From an uncultured Mycoplasmatota bacterium (lineage in GTDB: Bacteria; Bacillota_I; Bacilli_A; RF39; UBA660): a stretch of 64,000 nucleotides of DNA. The stretch's first letter is position 1. Each line of letters begins with the position of its first letter. A model generated the notes under the pieces. The model made no database searches and was not told the DNA's origin. It worked only from the letters and a program-made list of their open reading frames with translations. The translations under genes and the position numbers were made by a program. The stretch covers positions 17,750 to 81,749 of the forward strand of contig UQRY01000002.1 of NCBI GenBank assembly GCA_900543675.1, given 5' to 3'. Below are positions 19,863 through 29,453 of the stretch, in pieces.

Positions 19863-21959
19863 TCAATTATCCTTTGTATTTCTCTTTTGTTTTTCGAGGC
19901 CGTAAGAGGAATTCAATTGATCTAAATCAAAATAGAATCCATATTCTAAATAAATTTCTTCTCCAATTTTGGCATTCTTCGTTTCTAAACATTTTCCTCC
20001 TAGTTTTTCATAGAAGTTAATCGCATGTTGATTATCCGCAAGACACCAAACAATCATATTGTGTCGATCTTGGGCAATTAGTTCTTTCACTACTTCTTTA
20101 AATAGACTACTACCAATTCCTTTGCCACCAGCTTTCTTTTTTAAATATAAACTAACTAGTTCAGAATCATATTTTTCTTTCTTATCATAAGGCTTAAAAC
20201 AAGCATATCCCAATACTTCATCATCTTTAACCGCAACGAAAACGAGATCTTTATATTCGTCAAAACTTTGTATATATCGCTTAGTCTGTTCTTCCACATT
20301 TAAAGAATTTAAATATTTTGAGGCAATGATCTTATCATAAGCATTCTGCCAACCTTCTACTTTAATTTGGGCCATCTGTCTTTGGTCTTGGTACTCATTT
20401 TTACGAATCACATAGTCTTCTTTGGCTTCTAGAGTAAGTAGGGCTTCTCGCATTTTGTCAAAAGCAGAAATTAAAACATTATCTTCTAAGGCAAAGCTAA
20501 TTCGTCCGACTAATTCCTTTGGATAAGGCCAAGAAATTGATTGGCCAACTAAAAAACGAATTCTTGCGTGACGATAGAAAAAGGTAAGTAGATCTCTTTC
20601 TGTGGTGATTAAGTGTCCTTGATCTTTCATCCCTTTGATTGCGGTGAAGTCTAAAATTGCGAAGAAACCTGCTTCAGGTTCTAAATTTTTAGGAAAATCT
20701 ACATAAGGTAGACCAGACTGAAGAAGAGCTTCTGCTTTTTCTTTTCCGATAGTGGCTTCTACCTTGTTTTTAATCAGCTGTTGTTTAGAAATAGGTACTT
20801 GATCTAGTCCCTGAACCATAGCTTTTAATAGATGATATTTATCGACATAGATTTGTCGTAGTCCTTGAAAATATTCTTCGTAGACTTGTTTTCTTCTTTC
20901 ACTCATATTAAAAGCGCCAGCCAAAGCTTGTCCGACTAAATCAGGAGCAGAGTCCATACTTTGAAAAATTCGATTAATCACTTCTCGAATCACGATTTCA
21001 TCGGCAACGACGAATCCAGCTCGTAAACTAGCTAACCCATAACTTTTGGAAAGACCGAATAGGGAAATGGTATTTCGAAACATTCCAGGTATGGTCGCAA
21101 TTGGTTTAGCTAGATGATTAGGATCAAAACTGATATCTCGGTAAACCAAATCATCGATGATAAATACTCCTCGATCTAAACATACTTGTCCGATTTCCGT
21201 TAATAATTCTGTTTCACTTTCTCCCATCACTTTTCCAGTAGGATTATTAGGATTCGCATTTAAAAAGGCAACTACTCTTGGTACATATCCTTTTCGTCTA
21301 TTGTATACTTTCTGTAAGCTTTCATTGATCTCATCGATCTTATTCGCAAGCTTCTTAGGATTTACTAAGAAGTGATCTTCCTTTTCTAGATTTAAAATCT
21401 CTACTTCCGCACCAGCTCGTTCTGCACGAATCGTGAATAAGCCATAATTAGGTCCTGTTACCAAAATTACATCCCCAGGTTTAGAAATCATTTCCACGAT
21501 AATATTAAAAATAATCGAAGTAGATGGCATGAAAGTCAAATTATGTACCGATAACCCTTTATCATCAACATCAGGATAAGAGTAGGGGGTTGTATTAATA
21601 AACCCTAGTTCCTCCACATAATCGAGTAATACTTTTCTGATTCTGTCATCTCCTTCAGTATATGGATATTTATACATCTCCGTGGTATCTAGTGCTTTGT
21701 GCATCGCTTCTATTGACAGTGGGAATGGCGGATAATTAACGGGATTACCAGTACCGAGATCAGTATCTGGCATTGTCGTAATTTTATCATCACGGACTTC
21801 ATATCCGTAAAAGTCAATCGCATCGGCAATTTTTTGTACTGTAGGATTAAATTCTTCATGATCATCTCGTCCACCAATAAATGGTAAACCAAATCGTCTT
21901 TCTCCTAAATTTGGATTTTCTCTTAACAATCTATCGATTGCGTTTGATTTAATTAGCAT
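19863..21959 (-). CDS. Class I/II PLP-dependent aminotransferase fused to a C-terminal GNAT acetyltransferase
   Basis: NPNNPTG and LFGLSKSYGLASLRAG (PLP-Lys) in residues ~100-510. GNAT core (GGKGIGSSLFKEVV, AINFYEKLGG) in the last ~170 aa. Confidence 0.8.
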   Translation of the reverse strand: MLIKSNAIDRLLRENPNLGERRFGLPFIGGRDDHEEFNPTVQKIADAIDFYGYEVRDDKITTMPDTDLGTGNPVNYPPFPLSIEAMHKALDTTEMYKYPYTEGDDRIRKVLLDYVEELGFINTTPYSYPDVDDKGLSVHNLTFMPSTSIIFNIIVEMISKPGDVILVTGPNYGLFTIRAERAGAEVEILNLEKEDHFLVNPKKLANKIDEINESLQKVYNRRKGYVPRVVAFLNANPNNPTGKVMGESETELLTEIGQVCLDRGVFIIDDLVYRDISFDPNHLAKPIATIPGMFRNTISLFGLSKSYGLASLRAGFVVADEIVIREVINRIFQSMDSAPDLVGQALAGAFNMSERRKQVYEEYFQGLRQIYVDKYHLLKAMVQGLDQVPISKQQLIKNKVEATIGKEKAEALLQSGLPYVDFPKNLEPEAGFFAILDFTAIKGMKDQGHLITTERDLLTFFYRHARIRFLVGQSISWPYPKELVGRISFALEDNVLISAFDKMREALLTLEAKEDYVIRKNEYQDQRQMAQIKVEGWQNAYDKIIASKYLNSLNVEEQTKRYIQSFDEYKDLVFVAVKDDEVLGYACFKPYDKKEKYDSELVSLYLKKKAGGKGIGSSLFKEVVKELIAQDRHNMIVWCLADNQHAINFYEKLGGKCLETKNAKIGEEIYLEYGFYFDLDQLNSSYGLEKQKRNTKDN

Positions 21960-22135
21960 AATATCCCTCCATCATCATTATAACAAAATAACCTTCAAAA
22001 AATAATCACTTGCCTAACTTTTTAATGTTTTCTATAATGAATATGGAAAATGCAACCGAGAATTGACAAAAAACAACCAAAAATCGGTAGAGTCGCAACC
22101 GGGTTTTGGGTTAAGATGACTTCGAGGTGAAAGAA

Positions 22136-23758
22136 ATGAAGTTTAGTGAAAAACTCCAAAAATTAAGAAAAGAAAATAAACTATCCCAAGAACAATTAGC
22201 GGATATGCTAGATGTCTCTCGTCAAGCAGTATCGAAATGGGAATCGGGTCAAACTTATCCGGAAATGGATAAGCTACTAGCCCTATGTAAAATATTTAAA
22301 TGTAGTCTTGATGATTTGACTAATGACGAAGTAAAGGAAATCAAAAATACGGAAAAAACAAAATTAACCGCTAGTAATTTCATCGATGAAATAATGGATA
22401 TCATTAACCGTAGTATTCAGATGTTTCAGAAGATGAATGCCCAAGAAATCTTAAAATGTATTATCGGTATGTTGATTATCGCCTTCATCTTGCGTTTCTT
22501 GAAATTCCCTGTTGATTATATTTATAGCCTAGGTCACGATATCTTTATCAGCTTTGGTACTCAAGTATCTAATATACTAAGTCCAATATGGAATTTTCTA
22601 CTTTCCGTATCCTATCTGATTCTAGCGATTATTTGCTTCTTTTATTTATATAAATTATTATTCTTAGAAAAATGGGAAAAAGAGCAACAGTTAACTAAAC
22701 AACAAGGAAAAATAAAAGAAGTAGATATAGACATGGATACGAATGATCAAACAGAATCATCAGATGAAAAAAGTGGGGAAGAGAAAAAAGAAAAACAAGA
22801 AAAAGTGATCTATGCCCCACGACGTGAACGCTCAACATCATTAATTACCAAAATACTAGGTACTCTATTTACCTTTTTTGTGAAATTCTGCTTAGCTTGT
22901 ATTCTAATTCCATTTTTAATCTCCTTTGTTTGTCTTGTCTTTTTCATTGTCATCGGAATCGTACTTATCTTCCAAGGTATTCCTTATATCGGAATTCTTC
23001 TCCTTCTTCTTAGCTGTTTACTCCTTAACTATTGTATAGTTAGTCTTGTCTTACATTGGCTATTGAATCAAGCCCCAAAAGGTAAACTCGCTATTTTTCT
23101 CTTTATTCTCTCCCTAGTAGGAATCGGTATTTCTGGTGCGATTAGCGCTATTGAAATTTCTAATACTACTTATTATGACCGTTTACCTAAACAGGTAGAG
23201 ATGAAAACAATGCAAGAGGAATATTCAATGACGCCAGAACTTTTTGTCAAAGCGTATGCTTATGCCGAAATCAATTATCATGAAGATAACTCATTAGCAG
23301 ATAAGGTTCGAGTAGAGATAGAATATGCAGATGCTTATAACGATATTGAAATGAATCTAGAAAATAACGTAATCTATATTAATCAAGATTTTAGCCTTAC
23401 TGAGAATAGGGTTAAAGAATGGAAGAAAAAGTTACTTTCTAATTTAAAAGAAAGAACCATTTATAATTATGGCTTATTAGAAAAGATAACCGTAAATATT
23501 ACCGCATCTAAAGAAAATATAGAACGTATTCAGCAAAATGAACAAGAGTATCATCTTCGTCAAGAAGAGGAGATGCGACAAGAAGAAATCAATAGCCTAG
23601 AGGCAACCATCAATGATCTAGAACTACAGATCGAATCTAAACAACAAGAAATTGATGAGTTAAGAACGAATAATGAAGAAAAAGATGCAGAAATTATGGA
23701 GTATCAGACAAAACTAGAAGAGTATAAGAATCAACTACGAGAATTATTAGCCGAATAA
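22136..23758 (+). CDS. Membrane-tethered XRE-family HTH protein with C-terminal coiled coil
   Basis: HTH (LSQEQLADMLDVSRQAVSKWESGQTYP), several TM segments, and a heptad-rich acidic tail. ATG at 22136 after SD GAGGTG is preferred over the tracked GTG at 22127. Confidence 0.8.
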   Translation: MKFSEKLQKLRKENKLSQEQLADMLDVSRQAVSKWESGQTYPEMDKLLALCKIFKCSLDDLTNDEVKEIKNTEKTKLTASNFIDEIMDIINRSIQMFQKMNAQEILKCIIGMLIIAFILRFLKFPVDYIYSLGHDIFISFGTQVSNILSPIWNFLLSVSYLILAIICFFYLYKLLFLEKWEKEQQLTKQQGKIKEVDIDMDTNDQTESSDEKSGEEKKEKQEKVIYAPRRERSTSLITKILGTLFTFFVKFCLACILIPFLISFVCLVFFIVIGIVLIFQGIPYIGILLLLLSCLLLNYCIVSLVLHWLLNQAPKGKLAIFLFILSLVGIGISGAISAIEISNTTYYDRLPKQVEMKTMQEEYSMTPELFVKAYAYAEINYHEDNSLADKVRVEIEYADAYNDIEMNLENNVIYINQDFSLTENRVKEWKKKLLSNLKERTIYNYGLLEKITVNITASKENIERIQQNEQEYHLRQEEEMRQEEINSLEATINDLELQIESKQQEIDELRTNNEEKDAEIMEYQTKLEEYKNQLRELLAE

Positions 23759-23782
23759 AAAGCAGGTGATAAGCCTGCTTTT
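23758..23782. terminator. Bidirectional terminator
   Basis: AAAAGCAGG tgataag CCTGCTTTT between convergent genes. Confidence 0.75.
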
Positions 23783-23789
23783 ATGCATT

Positions 23790-24740
23790 TTACTTTTTAA
23801 ACACAATCCCATTCTCACAGCGGTTTCCCCAAGCGTCGATTAACTCTTTATTTTTTCTAACGCAGATAATTTCACAGTGATTAGGACACTTATTACATTC
23901 GATACCTTTTGTTTCAAAGTGATCATCTAGAATAGAAAAACTAAATTTTTTCTCTAATGGTTTTTTCTTTGAGAGAATAGCTACTCCTAAGGCACCCATC
24001 AAATGGCCGTTCTCATCGACGATAACATCCATACCAAGCTCTTCTTCAAAAGCTTTTTTTACCCCGATGTTTTTACTGACTCCTCCTTGAAAAATAACTG
24101 GTCCTTTGATCTTTTTCCCTTTTCCAACATTATTCAAATAATTTTGAGCAACACTCTTACAAAGCCCCGCAATGATGTCTTCCTTAGAGTAACCAATTTG
24201 CATTTTATGAACCAAGTCACTTTCTGCAAATACCGTACATCGTGCCGCGATTTTGGTTGGCTTTTTGGCTTTTAAAGCGATACTTCCAAAGTCTTCTACC
24301 GCAACCCCTAAACGTTCTGCCTGACTAGATAAAAAGGAACCTGTTCCCGCTGCGCAAAGGGTATTCATCGCATAATCAACCACAATCCCATCTTCTAATA
24401 GAATAATTTTTGAATCTTGCCCACCAATTTCCAAAATCGTCTTTACATCAGGATGAAGAGATAAAGTTCCTACCGCATGCGCAGTAATTTCATTCTTTAC
24501 AACACTCGCACCAAGCATCGCCCCAATTAATTTTCTGGCACTTCCGGTTGTACCGATTCCTAAAATAGTAATCTCTTGTTTTTCTACCTGTTTTTCTAAC
24601 TGAGAGACGAGCGCCTTAACCGCATCGATCGGATTTCCTTTCGTCCATAAATAGCTACTAGCTAAAATATGATTCTCCTCATCAATAATTACCCCTTTAG
24701 TCGAAATTGAGCCGATGTCGACTCCCATATATGCATTCAT
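23790..24740 (-). CDS. BcrAD/BadFG-family ATPase (2-hydroxyacyl-CoA-dehydratase activase-like) with C-terminal Cys cluster
   Basis: ASKHA-fold motifs MGVDIGSISTKGV, IGTTGSAR, EIGGQDSK, CAAGTGSF. C-terminal CNKCPNHCEIIC...C. Confidence 0.85.
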   Translation of the reverse strand: MNAYMGVDIGSISTKGVIIDEENHILASSYLWTKGNPIDAVKALVSQLEKQVEKQEITILGIGTTGSARKLIGAMLGASVVKNEITAHAVGTLSLHPDVKTILEIGGQDSKIILLEDGIVVDYAMNTLCAAGTGSFLSSQAERLGVAVEDFGSIALKAKKPTKIAARCTVFAESDLVHKMQIGYSKEDIIAGLCKSVAQNYLNNVGKGKKIKGPVIFQGGVSKNIGVKKAFEEELGMDVIVDENGHLMGALGVAILSKKKPLEKKFSFSILDDHFETKGIECNKCPNHCEIICVRKNKELIDAWGNRCENGIVFKK

Positions 24741-25810
24741 TTTTGATTCTTCCTTTCGTTTAACATATCATAAAAAGCTTCTAATCTTGTCTTTACTCCC
24801 GTATCACTTGTCGCCTGATCGAAAGAAAAAAAGATAATCGGCATATGATAATCCCTACAAACATGTTGAATAATAGGAATTGCCCCAATTTCTGGTGTAC
24901 ACCCAAATGGTTTAATATGAATCAAGCCATCATAGCCTTCTTCACTTAGATATTTTGCTCGCCAAACATTATCTAAGCCATCTGCTCCAATCGTATAACG
25001 ACAATATTTTTCTGCTTCTCGCAACATACGCTTAGTATGAAATTTTTTCTCATAGAGTAGGTAACTAACATTAGTAAAGCGCTTTACTTCGATTTTCATC
25101 TTGGCTAGTTCTTTTTCCAAAAAGTAACTAGAAAATGGTTCCATCGACGTATAGAGTTCACCGATTACGCCCACTTTCATACAATCATCTGGTTTATCAA
25201 TTTCTAGATATTGAAACTTCTTGCGATAGCGAAAATATCGTCTAGTTAAAGAGAAAAAGCCCTTCGCTTCTAAAAATGAATTGTGCATCTCTTTTTCTAA
25301 TCGTTCAAAACTACCAGGCTCTGTTTCAAATCCAATATGAAGCCTAATATAGTCATCCATCTTATCCATAAATCTAATCATTAATATCGTAAGGAGAGTG
25401 TAGTAAGCAAACTTAAAAAAAGATAGTTTAGGATTCAAGTTTCTAAAGATCTGAAATAATTTCTTTACCGTAAAATGATCACTATCTACTAAGGTATAAA
25501 ACTCAAATTCATACCCAAGATCTCTTAAAATCTTTTCTTGAACTTCAGCGTAATACCCATACCGACAACCGCCTCCTGCTTGGATTAACACATTAGCCCC
25601 GTTTTCTAGTGCTTCAATGAAATTTCCTAAATTATATTTAAAGGGAACACAGACAAAATCAGGAGCGTATTTACTGCCTAATTCGATCGTTTTTTTGGTA
25701 ATTGGTGGAGCTGGTACAATTTTACAAGTTGTTGTTTTCTTAAGTAGGTAAGTAATCGGTAAATAGTAATTTGCTAAGTGAGGAAAACTAATCACTTTTT
25801 CATTCGTCAA
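24737..25810 (-). CDS. Acyl-CoA dehydratase activase-related protein (DUF2229-type)
   Basis: FVCVPFK, GGGCRYGYY and KPFGCTPE motifs typical of the non-ATPase modules of the large CoA-substrate-specific enzyme activase proteins. ATGA overlaps with both neighbours. Confidence 0.65.
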   Translation of the reverse strand: MTNEKVISFPHLANYYLPITYLLKKTTTCKIVPAPPITKKTIELGSKYAPDFVCVPFKYNLGNFIEALENGANVLIQAGGGCRYGYYAEVQEKILRDLGYEFEFYTLVDSDHFTVKKLFQIFRNLNPKLSFFKFAYYTLLTILMIRFMDKMDDYIRLHIGFETEPGSFERLEKEMHNSFLEAKGFFSLTRRYFRYRKKFQYLEIDKPDDCMKVGVIGELYTSMEPFSSYFLEKELAKMKIEVKRFTNVSYLLYEKKFHTKRMLREAEKYCRYTIGADGLDNVWRAKYLSEEGYDGLIHIKPFGCTPEIGAIPIIQHVCRDYHMPIIFFSFDQATSDTGVKTRLEAFYDMLNERKNQK

Positions 25811-26721
25811 GCTTGATGTCTCCTTTCTTCTAAAATATCAAGAAAACTCTCAATTCTAGTAATAATTCCTGCATTACCACTTTCATCATCAATAATAATC
25901 GGAATAATCGGAATATCTACCTTTCGTAAAATCATCTCATTACTTAACGAATCAGGGCCACATGGAAATACCGTAAGTAAAATCACGCCATCTACACTAT
26001 CTAAATAATGCTCAACAGAAGCGATAATTTCTTTATTGTACGTCCAATAGTTATGAGGACTAATCTTTTTTACTTCGTTCTCCAAATATTTCGTATCATA
26101 ACAATCAGAATAGATCACCTCGACATCATTTTCTTCTAACATTTTACTAATCGGTTTACCAATAAATTCATCCCGTAAATTATAGGCATGCCCAGCTAGA
26201 AGAATTTTTATCTTTTTGGTTGAGGCAACGATAGCTTTCTGTTTACTTATTTTGCGCGTTTTTATAGCCATTTGTTTTTCTTTCGCTTTCCGGTAACTTT
26301 TTACAATGTCACGATATTTAAATCCTAATTCTAATCCCATAGTGACAAAAGCATAGAATTCATCTTCTTTTTTCGCAACATCAATATTATAATGAACAAT
26401 TTTCTTATCAAATGTATTTCTAACTAAATCATACAAAGCCGAGAAATTTGTACATAACTTTTCTTTCTTTTTTAAACAGATAATTCGTGGTACTAGAATA
26501 TAATCACACTTATCTAATAAGTAATAGACATGTCCCATATAAATTTTCATCGCTAGACATGCTTCATCGACACTAAAACGTGTTCCCCATTCAACCATCT
26601 CTCGTGTCGTATTACAACTGACGATAATATCACAACCTAATTCCTCAAAAAAAGAAGTCCAAAGATCTCCATAGTGATAAAAAAGTAAAGCTTTGGGAAT
26701 ACCGATTTTCATATTTTTCAT
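25807..26721 (-). CDS. Acyl-CoA dehydratase activase-related protein (second DUF2229-like subunit)
   Basis: Conserved Cys positions (DEACLAMK, VFPCGPDS). Translationally coupled to the next gene. SD AAAGGAAC. Confidence 0.6.
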   Translation of the reverse strand: MKNMKIGIPKALLFYHYGDLWTSFFEELGCDIIVSCNTTREMVEWGTRFSVDEACLAMKIYMGHVYYLLDKCDYILVPRIICLKKKEKLCTNFSALYDLVRNTFDKKIVHYNIDVAKKEDEFYAFVTMGLELGFKYRDIVKSYRKAKEKQMAIKTRKISKQKAIVASTKKIKILLAGHAYNLRDEFIGKPISKMLEENDVEVIYSDCYDTKYLENEVKKISPHNYWTYNKEIIASVEHYLDSVDGVILLTVFPCGPDSLSNEMILRKVDIPIIPIIIDDESGNAGIITRIESFLDILEERRHQA

Positions 26722-26875
26722 CGCTTTTGTTCCTTTCTATCGCTATTGTATTCACGACAAAGAAGAAATAGAAGTAAAAGATAAGAAGATAGTACTAGAT
26801 GTAAATAGTTGTCAAAAACAAGAAAAGCCCTTAAAAGGAAAAAAGAAATATTATATAATGGTAATAGGGGATTTT

Positions 26876-27622
26876 ATGAAAATAATACGTGAGAAATGTT
26901 TACAAGGTCTAAAAAAAGAAGACAAAATTTTATTAAGTAATATCTTAGATAAATACGAACGTTACCTAAAAACAGGACATAGTAGTACGACCAATTTTCT
27001 CGATAAACGAAAAAAAGAGTTAATTAAAACTCGTTTATCGTTCATTTTTCCAGTATGTACTTTTTATTCTATCGATGAGATTTGTGAAAAGTGTATTTTA
27101 TGTATAGGAGAAAGTGAGAAAGAAATTACGCTTTATTATTCACAAAGTCCTAATATGAAACATAATGAAATATTAGCTACTTTATTTCAACTTGGTTTTG
27201 AACCGGATACAATTGGAGATATTTGGGTTGAACAAGATGGCTTTTATCTAACGAACTTGACTCGGTTAAATACGTATTTAGAAGATAATTTCGTTCTAGT
27301 TAGAGGTAAGCTAGTTCATTTGGAACAAGTAGCAAAGTTGGAATTAAAGGAGGAACATTTCTCAGATCAACAAGTGATTTTATCTAGTTTACGTCTAGAT
27401 AATTTAATCAGTAAATTGACCCCTACCAGTCGAAGAGAAGCATTACGATTACTAGAAACGGAAAAAGTACTCTATAATTATGAAGTAGCCACTTCTCCGT
27501 TCATATTAGTCAAAGAACAAGATGTTCTCTCGATTAGACATGTTGGCAAATTTATCGTCACAGAAATTGCGGGTACGACTAAGAAAAACAAATTAATTGT
27601 AAAGTTAAGAAAGTATAAATAG
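26876..27622 (+). CDS. YlmH-like S4-domain RNA-binding protein
   Basis: Same architecture as B. subtilis YlmH. S4 domain SSLRLDNLISKL...VLSIRHVGKF...GTTKKNK. ATG at 26876 after SD AGGGG. The tracked 26693 start is an upstream extension that overlaps the divergent gene. Confidence 0.75.
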   Translation: MKIIREKCLQGLKKEDKILLSNILDKYERYLKTGHSSTTNFLDKRKKELIKTRLSFIFPVCTFYSIDEICEKCILCIGESEKEITLYYSQSPNMKHNEILATLFQLGFEPDTIGDIWVEQDGFYLTNLTRLNTYLEDNFVLVRGKLVHLEQVAKLELKEEHFSDQQVILSSLRLDNLISKLTPTSRREALRLLETEKVLYNYEVATSPFILVKEQDVLSIRHVGKFIVTEIAGTTKKNKLIVKLRKYK

Positions 27623-27633
27623 AGGTGTGTAGT

Positions 27634-28296
27634 ATGAAGAAGTATATAGGATTCTTATTTTGTTTGATGATGATACCTTCCCTTGTTTTTGCGGGCGAGA
27701 CAGAAATTGTCACCTTAGATAAATGTGTAGATGGTGATACCGCTAATTTTAAAACGAGTACTGGTACGGTTTATAAAACGAGATTTTTAGCGGTAGATAC
27801 GCCAGAAACTGTTCATCCGACGAAGGAAGTAGAGGCATATGGAAAAGAGGCAAGTAACTATACTTGTGAGACATTGACCAATGCTAAAGAAATTAAACTA
27901 GAGTATGATGATAACAGTGATAGAGAAGATAAATACGGAAGAACTTTGGCTTGGGTATGGGTAGATGGCGTTTTACTTCAACAATCTTTAATCGAAAAAG
28001 GACTTGCGGAAGTAGCATACTTATACGATGATTATCAATACACTTCACTTTTACAGGATGCTGAAGCTGTCGCAAAAGCGAATAAAGTTGGACAGTGGAG
28101 TGGTGAAACACCAACTAGCGAAGAAGACAGTTCTAAAGAAAGTGAAAAAGAAACAACGAAAGAGGAAAAGAAAGAGAAAAAAGATAAAGAAAAGAACGTA
28201 ATTCAAGAGTTCTTTGATAATCTTCTTGGAAAAATATTCGATTTAATCGACAAATTTCTAGAAAATATCGTCAATTGGATAGAAAGTATGTTATAA
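27634..28296 (+). CDS. Secreted thermonuclease (staphylococcal-nuclease fold)
   Basis: Signal peptide, DGDTANF, RFLAVDTPET, GKEASNY, RTLAWVW, GLAEVAY motifs. Lys/Glu-rich tail. Confidence 0.9.
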   Translation: MKKYIGFLFCLMMIPSLVFAGETEIVTLDKCVDGDTANFKTSTGTVYKTRFLAVDTPETVHPTKEVEAYGKEASNYTCETLTNAKEIKLEYDDNSDREDKYGRTLAWVWVDGVLLQQSLIEKGLAEVAYLYDDYQYTSLLQDAEAVAKANKVGQWSGETPTSEEDSSKESEKETTKEEKKEKKDKEKNVIQEFFDNLLGKIFDLIDKFLENIVNWIESML

Positions 28297-28327
28297 TAGG
28301 CAAGAAAGCAAAAAATAGGAGGTAAAT

Positions 28328-28897
28328 ATGACAAAAGTAAATCAAGATAAAGCAAAGAATATAGCAATAGTGGTACTAGGTGTTATCGTCTTTTTATTCG
28401 CTGGATACTTTGTTTCCGAAAATACGGGAGATCGTTCTAACGATAAAACACCAGTTGATGCAGCAAGTGGTGGAACAACAGACGAAACAGCATCAAATCC
28501 ATTGCTAGAAAGTGGAGAAGTTCTTCCGGAAGGAGAAACAAGAGAAATCCCATCGATCACGTATAGTGAGATGAAAGAAGCAATGGAAAATAATGAAAAG
28601 AGAATTATTTTCTTAGGAAGTGCAACTTGTGGTTGGTGTAATTATCAACGTCCAATACTAGAGTATGTTCTTTATCAATATCCTGATGTTAACGTATATT
28701 ACTTAGATGTTAATGCGTTAACCAATGATGAATACAGCGATCTAACTTCATTGCATGAGAGTCTAGCTGGATTCGGAACACCAACATTTATCGTGTTCGA
28801 AAATGGCGAAGTTACTAGTGTCGATCAAGGTGCTCGTGGTATAAGTGGCCTTATTTCATTGCTAACAGAATATGGCTTTATTAGTGAAAGTGAATAA
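28328..28897 (+). CDS. Membrane-anchored thioredoxin-like protein
   Basis: N-terminal TM helix, then CGWC active site in FLGSATCGWCNYQRP and GTPTF (cis-Pro loop). Confidence 0.8.
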   Translation: MTKVNQDKAKNIAIVVLGVIVFLFAGYFVSENTGDRSNDKTPVDAASGGTTDETASNPLLESGEVLPEGETREIPSITYSEMKEAMENNEKRIIFLGSATCGWCNYQRPILEYVLYQYPDVNVYYLDVNALTNDEYSDLTSLHESLAGFGTPTFIVFENGEVTSVDQGARGISGLISLLTEYGFISESE

Positions 28898-28913
28898 GTA
28901 AAGGAGTGAGAAA

Positions 28914-29360
28914 ATGGAATCTGGAAATATCTACGAAAAAGCAAAAGCGTTTAAGAAAAAGTATCCTATGACAATTGCGTGGCGGTTAAAGAAAAATGCT
29001 AAAATCATTGAAAAGTATTTGCGCCCTAACGAAGAGGTGCTTTATGTATTCGTTGCGCAAAAGAATAATAATCCATTCGATATTTTCACTACCGCTGTTT
29101 TAGCCTTAACAAGTGAAAGATTGATTATTGGTAGAAAAAGAGTTGTATTTGGCTATTTCTTCGATTCCATTACTCCTGATCTATTTAATGATCTAAAAGT
29201 ATTATCCGGCATCATCTGGGGAAAAATTCATATCGATACCGTCAAAGAATATATTACTTTGTCTAATCTCGATAAAGCTGCTCTTCCCGAAATAGAAAAG
29301 ATGATCGGAACTTACATGAGCGAACAAAAAAAAGTACTAAATTCTCAAGAATCAATTTGA
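28914..29360 (+). CDS. Bacterial PH-domain (YokE/bPH-like) protein, tentative
   Basis: EEVLYVF...TAVLALTSERLIIGRK pattern typical of bPH domains. No other motif. Confidence 0.45.
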   Translation: MESGNIYEKAKAFKKKYPMTIAWRLKKNAKIIEKYLRPNEEVLYVFVAQKNNNPFDIFTTAVLALTSERLIIGRKRVVFGYFFDSITPDLFNDLKVLSGIIWGKIHIDTVKEYITLSNLDKAALPEIEKMIGTYMSEQKKVLNSQESI

Positions 29361-29453
29361 GATTAGTACTTTTTTCTATTTTAAGATGAGTTCAAAAAAT
29401 TTCTTGGTGAAAATCCTATTTTGAGATATAATAAAAATAGGAAGGTGTATGAA

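Noticed and set aside
22030-22126. Repeated GCAACCG(A/G)G and AACCAAAAATCGG / CCGGGTTTTGGGTT segments upstream of the XRE membrane protein, considered as a riboswitch or attenuator.
   Set aside because: Pairing is imperfect (several mismatches), no known riboswitch consensus was recognised, and the region is too short to argue for a structured leader without folding or covariation analysis.
2410-24275. Numerous 60-120 aa ORFs antisense to, or out of frame within, long well-supported genes. Examples: 2410-2724(-), 3995-4195(-), 7019-7201(-), 10333-10524(-), 12425-12640(-), 12944-13132(+), 14349-14633(-), 16405-16689(-), 17224-17478(-), 17665-17988(-), 18614-18979(-), 21157-21375(+), 21710-21892(-), 24003-24275(+).
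   Set aside because: They lie entirely within, or mostly overlap, genes with strong motif support. They have low-complexity Ile/Phe/Leu/Ser/Lys-rich translations typical of shadow frames in AT-rich DNA, and no SD.
26693-26875. N-terminal extension of the YlmH-like ORF (tracked start 26693).
   Set aside because: The extension overlaps the start of the divergent gene at 26721, encodes hydrophobic or Lys-rich filler, and lacks an SD. The ATG at 26876 has an AGGGG SD and matches the YlmH N-terminus.
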